Shown in pieces: positions 8,921 to 15,934 of a stretch of 64,000 nucleotides of DNA. Location of the stretch: the IMG/VR virus record IMGVR_UViG_3300017971_000185, positions 62,001 to 126,000 of that record. One strand, given 5' to 3'. The position numbers and the translations under genes were made by a program. The stretch's first letter is position 1. Each line of letters starts with the position of its first letter. Under the pieces are notes generated by a model. It saw only the letters and a list, made by a program, of their open reading frames with translations, was not told the origin of the DNA and did not search any database.

Positions 8921-8942
8921 GGCCGCCGGATTTCCGGCGGCC
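8921..8942. terminator. Perfect GC hairpin, probable bidirectional terminator
   Basis: GGCCGCCGGA-TT-TCCGGCGGCC between relic sheath stop and the stop of the convergent gene at 8943. Confidence 0.7.
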
Positions 8943-9311
8943 TCACTTCTTCTTGACCTTCCAGGGAGTGGTCTCTTCTGGGTGGAACGTGGCCTCGATG
9001 CCAGCCTCATCGAGCGCGCCAACGAGATCAAGAAGCATCAGGAGCGAAGTCTCGATCGTGTCTTTTGGGGACTTGGTGGAAAACTTGTAAGCCTGGTCTC
9101 CGAAACGGAGGGAGACGGTTTGACAGTCGCTAGAGATGTGGATGGACGAGTGGTCTCGGATGCTCATGCGTGCCTCTACCGCTCGCGCTTCGGCTGCGTC
9201 GCGCTTGTCTTGCAGTGCAGTTGTTGTCGATACATGGTCCACGAACCGCACCCACCCGCCGTCGTCGGCCGCGTACATGCCGGAAGGTCTCCATTCGTAT
9301 CGCTTATCCAC
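8943..9311 (-). CDS. Hypothetical protein
   Basis: 122-aa ORF overlapping the upstream gene stop, ends at the terminator hairpin. Confidence 0.65.
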   Translation of the reverse strand: MDKRYEWRPSGMYAADDGGWVRFVDHVSTTTALQDKRDAAEARAVEARMSIRDHSSIHISSDCQTVSLRFGDQAYKFSTKSPKDTIETSLLMLLDLVGALDEAGIEATFHPEETTPWKVKKK

Positions 9312-9633
9312 TGTCCGACTTCTTTCCGTAACGCCCGATGCACTCGTCGCGTTTGCGTTGGATCTCGGTCTCGTCTTGCTCGGTGGTGCGGGGTGGCCTG
9401 TCGTTCATCCACGCGAGGTCAAAGGCAGCGCACGCCTTCTCGGGAGTGTCGCCAAACCCGGCCACGCCAACCTGCAAGTCTTCGCCTAGCAGCGCGCACC
9501 ACTGGTTTCCGTCTGGGAAAATGCGTGGCCGGAACACGACTGAGGGGCGCGAATACTGCTCGCCTACGATCGCTGCCTGTCTACAGATCTCTGCGCCTGC
9601 GGCCGTTGCTTCTAGCCCGACCGTCGTCCTCAT
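9304..9633 (-). CDS. Phage hypothetical protein (DGNQWCAL...GVAGFGDTP, possibly HicB-like fold)
   Basis: ATG at 9633 with GGAG SD; recognisable phage motif; the listed longer ORF start (9918) is unlikely. Confidence 0.7.
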   Translation of the reverse strand: MRTTVGLEATAAGAEICRQAAIVGEQYSRPSVVFRPRIFPDGNQWCALLGEDLQVGVAGFGDTPEKACAAFDLAWMNDRPPRTTEQDETEIQRKRDECIGRYGKKSDSG

Positions 9634-9634
9634 C

Positions 9635-9697
9635 TCACTTCTCCCATTGTCCGAAGCCGGCATCGCGATAGCCAGGTCGTCCCGTGTAGTTAGCCAT
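9635..9697 (-). CDS. 20-aa peptide MANYTGRPGYRDAGFGQWEK
   Basis: Fills the gap between RHH stop (9699) and next ATG (9633) with 1-nt spacers; GGAAGG upstream. Confidence 0.4.
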   Translation of the reverse strand: MANYTGRPGYRDAGFGQWEK

Positions 9698-9698
9698 A

Positions 9699-9860
9699 TT
9701 AGCCTTCCAGGGGTGGTAGGGCGACTTGGAGGACAGCCCGTACCAGCGTAGAGGGCGATACCCCGCGGTCCCTCGCTATCTTCTCCAGCCGGGCGCGGTA
9801 GCCTGCCGGCAACCGAAGGTGGAAATGCTCGGAAAGCTCGACGCCCCTGTTCGAGAGCAC
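9699..9860 (-). CDS. Ribbon-helix-helix (CopG/Arc-like) DNA-binding protein
   Basis: HFHLRLPAGYRARLEKIARDRGVSPSTLVRAVL fits the RHH pattern; start (GTG 9860) uncertain. Confidence 0.7.
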   Translation of the reverse strand: MLSNRGVELSEHFHLRLPAGYRARLEKIARDRGVSPSTLVRAVLQVALPPLEG

Positions 9861-9906
9861 GAAGTCGATCTGGGTTGAAAGGTCTCTTGATCGCAATGTT
9901 GCACCT

Positions 9907-9977
9907 GCCGAAGCCCAAGGGCGGTATCGATTCCCGTCCTTGGGCTGTCGCGCCGTTGTCAGGTTAGTTGAAGTCAC
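9907..9977. repeat. 71-bp direct repeat copy 2 (DUF932 stop + terminator-like hairpin 9912-9946)
   Basis: AGCCCAAGGGCGG-N9-CCGTCCTTGGGCT just downstream of DUF932 TAA. Confidence 0.95.
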
Positions 9978-10770
9978 GCCGGAGGCCACAGAAGCCATCG
10001 AGCAGGACGTGAAGCTGCTCAGTCTTGGCCGGAAGGGTGAAGAGATCGTTGCTTTCGCGTCGGGGCTTGAGAACCTCGGTAAACGCGTTCATCAGCCGCC
10101 AGGTGGTCGGTCCCGCTTCTCGGAATTCGGGGTGACGGGGCTCTCTCCACTCGGAGAGGATCTGCGAGATCTTGCTGGAGGCGATGACATCGGCATCGAG
10201 CGCGCGAATGAGCAGGTCGTTTACCTGCGCGTCGTTTAGCTCGTGCTGCTTGTACGTCGCGAGGCGCTGGTCTTGGAAGTCCTTGAGCGCTGCGACTTGC
10301 TGGAGAGCCTCGGCGATCAGCTTGGCAAGATCGCGAAGGATGTTCGGGGTGTGCTTGCGACCGACCTTGATTTCGCCGGAGAAGCACAGGTTGTCGCAAA
10401 CGAACACGCCCGAGCCGACTACAAGGCCAGCCAGGAACGTCTTGTCGTTGGCGTTGCGGAGCCCGAGGATGATGCTGTAGTCCGGGTCGAGGATCGGGCT
10501 GTTCATCTCCGTGGGAACAGGATCGAGCACCGGAGCCGGTGCTACTTCCAGCATTCCGAAGTAGCGCAGGTTCTCGTGAGAGAGTGCGTGTACCTCTTGG
10601 ATGGTGGTTAGCCCCACGGTGGTGATTTGGTTCTCCACTTCCTCCAGCAGTGTGCTGTGGGGGATGGGGGTGTGTCTTGGGCCGGCGGCCTCAGGCTCGG
10701 GCAGCGTAAAGAGGACTTCCCGAGGAACCTGATGGGCACCGCAGTGAGTCAAGAGGTTGAGGTTTGTCAT
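9964..10770 (-). CDS. DUF932-family protein
   Basis: HTPIPH, GLRNANDK, VFVCDNLCFSGE, RKHT, TTWRLMNAFTE motifs; GGAG SD. Confidence 0.85.
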   Translation of the reverse strand: MTNLNLLTHCGAHQVPREVLFTLPEPEAAGPRHTPIPHSTLLEEVENQITTVGLTTIQEVHALSHENLRYFGMLEVAPAPVLDPVPTEMNSPILDPDYSIILGLRNANDKTFLAGLVVGSGVFVCDNLCFSGEIKVGRKHTPNILRDLAKLIAEALQQVAALKDFQDQRLATYKQHELNDAQVNDLLIRALDADVIASSKISQILSEWREPRHPEFREAGPTTWRLMNAFTEVLKPRRESNDLFTLPAKTEQLHVLLDGFCGLRRDFN

Positions 10771-10788
10771 GTCGTATCTCCTGTCTCT

Positions 10789-10816
10789 TCTACGCGAGAT
10801 TCGGGGGAAAGTTTAC
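10789..10816 (-). promoter_or_regulatory. ECF-like early promoter GTAAACTT-N12-CGCGTAGA, copy A
   Basis: Identical boxes and spacing in three places, each 17-18 nt before an ATG. Confidence 0.8.
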
Positions 10817-10824
10817 ATAGTCGC

Positions 10825-11280
10825 TCATTCGCATCGGCGAATCGGAGCTTTTCTAGGTTGCGGGGTGTTTACATAGTATGTCTTCGCTTCGGATCTGAGC
10901 CACTTCAAGAAGATGGTAACCCTCGGTGCGTCGTATTCGTTCACGGTTTTCAAGGGCGCGTCCATACCCTTCTTAAAGGCTGCGAAGGCTTGCTTTTGCT
11001 TCATCCACAGACCGTCGCTGGGTATGAGCCATAGACGTTCCCAATTGTTGCTCAGGCAGAGGGCTTCATCGAGAGACTCGACAGGCTCAAAGTACCAAGC
11101 CCAGTGCCCCTTGCAGGTTCCACCGATGCAGCCGGGCGAGATGACCCAACCCTCTTCGTAGTCCTTGCAAAGTGTGCCGATGGTGATGCCTTCTACGCGC
11201 ACGTCGTATTGACAAGCGTTGCGGTGCTTTTCGGCCAGCCGCTTGAATTCGACGTTCATCTTTTGGTAGCCGCTGATCAT
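10825..11280 (-). CDS. Hypothetical protein
   Basis: ATG 2 nt after PolX stop; 151 aa. Confidence 0.6.
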   Translation of the reverse strand: MISGYQKMNVEFKRLAEKHRNACQYDVRVEGITIGTLCKDYEEGWVISPGCIGGTCKGHWAWYFEPVESLDEALCLSNNWERLWLIPSDGLWMKQKQAFAAFKKGMDAPLKTVNEYDAPRVTIFLKWLRSEAKTYYVNTPQPRKAPIRRCE

Positions 11281-11282
11281 GT

Positions 11283-12023
11283 TTAGCTCGCTATCTCGCA
11301 CTCTTTGTTGTACTTGGCCTGAGCGGTCTCGATGTGACGGCATTTGCGCCGAAACTGGAAGCCCTCGCACTCGCAATTCCAGCGGTTGTTCTTGCCAAGC
11401 CAGACTCGGTAAGAACCATCCTTGGCGCTCGGGATCTCGCACTCCCATTCGACTTCGCCACGGAAGCACTTGAGATCGTCACGAGCGGGCGGGGTGGTGT
11501 ACTCCAGCCCGAGCGCTTCGAAAACCTCGCGTTCGGTCTTACCGGCGATGCGCCGATACCAGCGCTTTTCAGTCTCGCCCTTCCGCTTGACGTGAATGAA
11601 CGCGTAGCCCTGGGACTCGTCCGTTTCCTCGGGATCACATGGCTTGTATACGCCCTTTTCGTTGAGGAGTAGCCCCAGCGCGGCGGCGTGGCTTCGCATC
11701 TTGATGTTGAAGGTATGCGGGCCGGTCAGGTAGAGCCACGCGGCGCCGAAGCCATCTTCATCGGGCGCTCGGATCACGTCTACCTGCATGCCACCCACGA
11801 TGAGCCGGATCTTGGCATCCTTTCCTTGGACCCACTCGAAACCAGCTTTCTCGATTTCCGCCTGTGTGGGTAGCGTGCCGAGGAACACGATATCGACATC
11901 GCGAACGTACTCTTTGCCACGACGGAGAGAGCCGGCGATCTTGGCTTCCTTACCGAGCAAGGCGAGGACGGGAGCTACTCGCTCGACCGCGACGCCCTGG
12001 GGAATCTTCTTACCTTTGCTCAT
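11283..12023 (-). CDS. Minimal X-family DNA polymerase with C-terminal SWIM zinc finger
   Basis: AGSLRRGKEYVRDVDIV, QVDV, YLTGP..FNIKMR, LNEKG, TEREVFEALGLEY..P..R; then YRV...WNCECEGFQFRRKCRHI (CxC-xn-CxH). Confidence 0.88.
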   Translation of the reverse strand: MSKGKKIPQGVAVERVAPVLALLGKEAKIAGSLRRGKEYVRDVDIVFLGTLPTQAEIEKAGFEWVQGKDAKIRLIVGGMQVDVIRAPDEDGFGAAWLYLTGPHTFNIKMRSHAAALGLLLNEKGVYKPCDPEETDESQGYAFIHVKRKGETEKRWYRRIAGKTEREVFEALGLEYTTPPARDDLKCFRGEVEWECEIPSAKDGSYRVWLGKNNRWNCECEGFQFRRKCRHIETAQAKYNKECEIAS

Positions 12024-12303
12024 CGTTGGTCTCCTTTAGCCGATACCAGAGGAAGCCTCGGTCTACACACTCAGCGACTCGAATGGCAGTGCTCTCCAGC
12101 ACGAGATGCTTGACCGGATGCCCGGACGAGCAAACCGGACACGGTCCGGTGAATGAGCCGGTGATTCGTATTCGTGCTCCGCCAAGCTCGGAAGGAAGCC
12201 TGACCCAATCGGGAGCGCCGTCGCCCACGAGGTACATGCTCTCGTCCTCCGTGGAGGGTGAGGCGAAGTCGCCGGGGCGGCGGTTGAACCATGCGGTGGT
12301 CAT
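12010..12303 (-). CDS. Hypothetical protein (CPVC, possible Zn site)
   Basis: ATG in a TGATG overlap with the upstream stop. Confidence 0.6.
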   Translation of the reverse strand: MTTAWFNRRPGDFASPSTEDESMYLVGDGAPDWVRLPSELGGARIRITGSFTGPCPVCSSGHPVKHLVLESTAIRVAECVDRGFLWYRLKETNDEQR

Positions 12304-12519
12304 CAGGACGCCTTGGCTTCGGGAGCACTCTCCAGCTTGAGATCATCCCCGATGGCTGTCAACGCATCTTGGAAGGACCCCACGAAGGTGTTGCGAGAGG
12401 CGGTTATCACGTTGATGTGACGGCCGCGCCTCTCCTTGGGTCCGGCGAGTCCGCGGTCGATGCTTGTCCTGGTAGACGAGGGTCCGGTCGTCGCGGGAGG
12501 TTTCGAGAAGAAGGTGCAT
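12303..12519 (-). pseudogene. Small gene split by a +1 frameshift
   Basis: SD+ATG at 12519 (MHLLLETSRDDRTLVYQDK) and the C-terminus coupled to the next gene (IDRGLAG...APEAKAS*) are in different frames; span 217 nt = 3n+1. Confidence 0.5.
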
Positions 12520-12537
12520 CTTTTGCTCTCCAACCTC

Positions 12538-12565
12538 TCTACGCGAGATCCCCGAAGAAGTTTAC
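12538..12565 (-). promoter_or_regulatory. ECF-like early promoter, copy B
   Basis: GTAAACTT-N12-CGCGTAGA. Confidence 0.8.
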
Positions 12566-12619
12566 ATTTCAAAACGCGCGTAGGGCGCGGGCAAATCCTT
12601 CGATAGAAGCCTGTCTACG

Positions 12620-12877
12620 ATGGCTCTGGCCAAGATCATTAGGTTTGTCCGCTTGGCGGACGGCAAGACCAAGCTGGAGGCGAAGCGTGGAGCGAAGAAT
12701 CCCTACTTGAACACGCCGCCGACTGTGTTGAAACGCGATCTCGAAAAGGAGACCAATCCCATGAAACGCAAGTTGATGAGCGACGCATTGAATGCTTGGC
12801 GGATGACGCATGGGAATCCTTTGGCTCGTTCTGCGGCTCGTGTAGCTGCGCGTTGGCTCGACAGCGGAGGGACCTGA
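12620..12877 (+). CDS. Small basic hypothetical protein
   Basis: 85 aa, K/R-rich, stop 2 nt before the SpeD-like ATG. Confidence 0.65.
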   Translation: MALAKIIRFVRLADGKTKLEAKRGAKNPYLNTPPTVLKRDLEKETNPMKRKLMSDALNAWRMTHGNPLARSAARVAARWLDSGGT

Positions 12878-12879
12878 CG

Positions 12880-13275
12880 ATGCATGGGCCGTTTGCTGGT
12901 TGGCACCTAATCGTGGATGCTCTCGTCGGGTCTGGAGATCCCACTGACCGGTTGGCGGATGTTGAGTTTCTGGAGACGTTTCTCAGGGATCTCGTGATCC
13001 ATCTGGATATGAAGATCCTGGGCGGTCCCTACATGAATGTGGTCGAGCCCGATTCGAAGCTCATTGAGACGGAAGAGGATGAGGGTGGGGTGACAGGATG
13101 TGTAGTGATCACAACGAGCCATATCTCACTGCACACGTGGCCGCTACGCAACCGCTTCTCCCTCGACATCTACTCGTGCAAGCAGTTTGACCCGGATGCA
13201 GCTAAGGACTTCATCACGGGACGACTTAGTTGCACGGAGCGAAGTATCAACTGGACGCAGCGGCTCTGGCCTTAG
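12880..13275 (+). CDS. speD: S-adenosylmethionine decarboxylase-like pyruvoyl proenzyme
   Basis: GWHLIVD, GGVTGCVVITTSHISLHTWP, DIYSCK; GGAGG SD before ATG 12880. Confidence 0.85.
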   Translation: MHGPFAGWHLIVDALVGSGDPTDRLADVEFLETFLRDLVIHLDMKILGGPYMNVVEPDSKLIETEEDEGGVTGCVVITTSHISLHTWPLRNRFSLDIYSCKQFDPDAAKDFITGRLSCTERSINWTQRLWP

Positions 13276-13590
13276 CTACTTGTCCTTGTCTAGATCGGCC
13301 TTGCAAGCGTCCAGGTCTTCATACGTGATGAGCAACGGGCGCTCATCCACATCGGGGAAACACTGATTGGGCACGCACTGTGACTTCACGTCCCAGCCAT
13401 CGACGGTGGTCACGATGGAGCAGGTGAAGCCATCCTTGCAGCCGTCCTCGCCGTGGGGTGCCTCTTCATCGCATTCGTCCGCAGGCGCATTCACGACAAT
13501 CGGATCGCTCTGCGTGTCAGCGGCAGGCGCCGTCTGCAAAGGAGCGTTGGCCGTCAGAGCGAGGAACCCGGTGAGGATGGTGGTGAGCAT
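13276..13590 (-). CDS. Exported Cys-rich protein with signal peptide
   Basis: Hydrophobic N-terminus MLTTILTGFLALTANA, 6 Cys, acidic; GGAG SD. Confidence 0.7.
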   Translation of the reverse strand: MLTTILTGFLALTANAPLQTAPAADTQSDPIVVNAPADECDEEAPHGEDGCKDGFTCSIVTTVDGWDVKSQCVPNQCFPDVDERPLLITYEDLDACKADLDKDK

Positions 13591-13607
13591 TTCTTGTCTC
13601 CACCCAG

Positions 13608-13635
13608 TCTACGCGGGTTTTGTGGAGAAGTTTAC
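13608..13635 (-). promoter_or_regulatory. ECF-like early promoter, copy C
   Basis: GTAAACTT-N12-CGCGTAGA. Confidence 0.8.
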
Positions 13636-13654
13636 TGCGCCAAGTCCGCGCCCC

Positions 13655-13666
13655 TAGCTTGTCTAT
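13655..13666 (+). promoter_or_regulatory. Candidate late motif TAG-N5-CTAT before tube gene
   Basis: TAGcttgtCTAT. Confidence 0.35.
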
Positions 13667-13722
13667 TTTCAAGCGCTTAACGAGGGTGGTGCGTCGCGCA
13701 TTCCCCGCCCTTAGGAGACAGT

Positions 13723-14520
13723 ATGCCAAACACCGATCTAGTCCAGGGAGGCGCAGCAGGGCTCCAGGGCTCTAGCTCCGTCTACGACTACGGGACTTCC
13801 CCCAACACGAGAACAGCCGTTTCACAGAAGGTGAGGATCTTGTCCCCGGCCTACGGGACGACAAGTCAGCTTCTTCAGATTGGCGTGCTGACCAACTTCA
13901 CACCTTCCGAGAGTCGCACTGTCGAGCCCCTACGCGGCATTGGGTTTGGCGATCAGATCGCTGAGCTTGTGCCGTCCGTGACGACAGAGATGACGCTGAG
14001 CTTTGAGCGAGCGTTGCTCTACATGGCGAATCTCTGGCAGGCGACTGGTTACGCTGGAGGCATCGACGGGCCCGTGCGTTCGTTGAAGCATCACAGGTGG
14101 CCGTTCGATGTGGAGGAGCAGCTTGTGTTTTCGACTCTTGTCGATATGGCACTTGGAGTCGAGAACGTGGGCTACCAGGGTCAGGGTTTCCAGGGAGGAA
14201 CGGCTCAGATCGTCTATCCCGATCAGCTAGATGGCGAGACCGGCCCGACTCCCAACGGTCCTTTCCCGCAGGGTGGCCAGCAGGGACACACGGCCATCAT
14301 CACCATGTACGAGGCGTGCTGGTTCACGTCTTGGTCCAAGACCAACATCACCCGCGACACGGGAATGCTCATGGAGACGGGAGATGCGATGGTCACCGAC
14401 GTTCACGACTTCGCCTCCGAGTACGGAGAATTTCTGGCTACGGGCAACGACCCATCCGTAGGCCAGCTTGGATCAGTCAGGTTTGGCGATCCACAGGCAG
14501 GAGGGACGCCGTTCGGCTAG
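13723..14520 (+). CDS. Tail tube protein
   Basis: IGVLTNFTPSESRTVEPLRGIG..ELVP, PFD, YEACWFTSWS tube-fold pattern; AGGAG SD; position between sheath and tape measure. Confidence 0.8.
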   Translation: MPNTDLVQGGAAGLQGSSSVYDYGTSPNTRTAVSQKVRILSPAYGTTSQLLQIGVLTNFTPSESRTVEPLRGIGFGDQIAELVPSVTTEMTLSFERALLYMANLWQATGYAGGIDGPVRSLKHHRWPFDVEEQLVFSTLVDMALGVENVGYQGQGFQGGTAQIVYPDQLDGETGPTPNGPFPQGGQQGHTAIITMYEACWFTSWSKTNITRDTGMLMETGDAMVTDVHDFASEYGEFLATGNDPSVGQLGSVRFGDPQAGGTPFG

Positions 14521-14526
14521 GGTACA

Positions 14527-14708
14527 GTGGCCTAAAACCGAGCAGTCGGTGGTTTCCAAGAATCAGACGCAGATGAATATCAGATCATATCCAGATTCCC
14601 GTGCTGTCTCCTAAACCCTATATCAGATCCAGACCCACATAGATCAGACCCAGATTCGTTTGCGCTGTTTTCCAGGCCACCGCTTGCTCTCTCAACGGGA
14701 GTAGCGGT
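14527..14708 (+). ncRNA. Candidate structured leader with CAGA repeats and SD-sequestering hairpin
   Basis: Closing stem GTGGCCT (14527-33)/AGGCCAC (14674-80) around 8 CAGAY units; hairpin 14679-14708 pairs GGGAG just before ATG 14709. Confidence 0.5.
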
Positions 14709-15932
14709 ATGACAATCAACTTTGAGGCTCTGCAAGCCTCGCTCGAAAAGATCGGGCAACTAGGCCAAGCGGAGCGTTCTTTCAAAGCAGGCGACCACGC
14801 GATCACCATTCGTGTGCTTCAAGCACGTGAGGAGATCGAGGTCGATAAGTACGCTCAGATAGCCTGGGATGAGGCTTCGGGAGATGAAGACCGGGCTGCC
14901 TTGGCGGACTACATCGATCGGGTGCGGGTAGCCACTCTGTCACACGTCATCGTTCAGATTGGCGATCAAGACCTTCGACGGGAGGAGTTTGTCGAGACGG
15001 GGGAGGAGGACGAGAACGGGAACAAGGTCAAGAAGCCTCGTTATCTCGTGATTCGCGAGATGATCGGCAAGTGGAGTCGGCCTGTTTTGCACATGTGTTA
15101 CCTCAACTACGGGACTTTGGTTCAAGAAGTCGAGAGTGCTTCTAGTAAGAGTATCGAGTCCTCAGAGGCTAACGTCGGGGGAGAGATCGATCGCCTTCAA
15201 ACGCGGTTAGAGAACCTCAAGCGCATTCAGAGTGAGCAGAAGGCCATGGCTGATCGTGCCGCCATGACGGCGCAGACACGAGAGGCTCTCGGTGAGTACA
15301 GCCAAGCCCATGAGGATCACATTGACCGACTGGCAACTGTGACGGGAGAGGTTGTAGAAGAGTCCGAGTCCGAGCCCGAGGCCGCGCCCAAGGCTGAAGG
15401 CGCGACCGAGCCCCCGAAGCGGCCTGTCAGACGAGAGCCGACGATACCACGTCGGGCAGTGCCGCCTGTGCGCGCTCAGAAGTCCGAACCTGTTGATGCG
15501 GACGGGATACCGCTGCCACATGAGGGGGATTCGTTCTACGATCCGGCCGATGGGGATGCGGCTGTAGCGGCTGAGCACAAACGTCTGGAAGCTTTCCGAC
15601 AACAAAAGATGCGGGCGCAATCGAGACCCACAGCAGAACCAGAAGCGCCTGAATCTCCAGAACCGGAACCGGAGCCCCTTGAGCCTTTGCCTGGGGTGAC
15701 GCGAGGACGGAAGCCGCCACACCGAGACGCACTCAACACGGCTGACGCCGTGCTCAATCTTCAGGGAGAGACGGTAGTGGACCAGCCCAAAGCTGCCACG
15801 GAAGCAGTAGAGGGTGTTCGATTGCCGACAGAGACCCTAAGTCCTCGATCGAAGCCAACAGAAAAACCAACGAAGGCTCCTGTGGATCCTCCACCAACGG
15901 GCTCAAGAAACCCGCGGTTTAGAGGTGCGTAG
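14709..15932 (+). CDS. Probable tail assembly chaperone with long Pro/Glu-rich C-terminus
   Basis: Position between tube and tape measure; ITIRVLQAREE chaperone-like start. Confidence 0.6.
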   Translation: MTINFEALQASLEKIGQLGQAERSFKAGDHAITIRVLQAREEIEVDKYAQIAWDEASGDEDRAALADYIDRVRVATLSHVIVQIGDQDLRREEFVETGEEDENGNKVKKPRYLVIREMIGKWSRPVLHMCYLNYGTLVQEVESASSKSIESSEANVGGEIDRLQTRLENLKRIQSEQKAMADRAAMTAQTREALGEYSQAHEDHIDRLATVTGEVVEESESEPEAAPKAEGATEPPKRPVRREPTIPRRAVPPVRAQKSEPVDADGIPLPHEGDSFYDPADGDAAVAAEHKRLEAFRQQKMRAQSRPTAEPEAPESPEPEPEPLEPLPGVTRGRKPPHRDALNTADAVLNLQGETVVDQPKAATEAVEGVRLPTETLSPRSKPTEKPTKAPVDPPPTGSRNPRFRGA

Positions 15933-15934
15933 TA

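Noticed and set aside
8799-9977. CRISPR array or IS terminal repeats
   Set aside because: Only two copies 1.1 kb apart, corresponding to a gene end plus terminator; no cas, transposase or integrase in the window.
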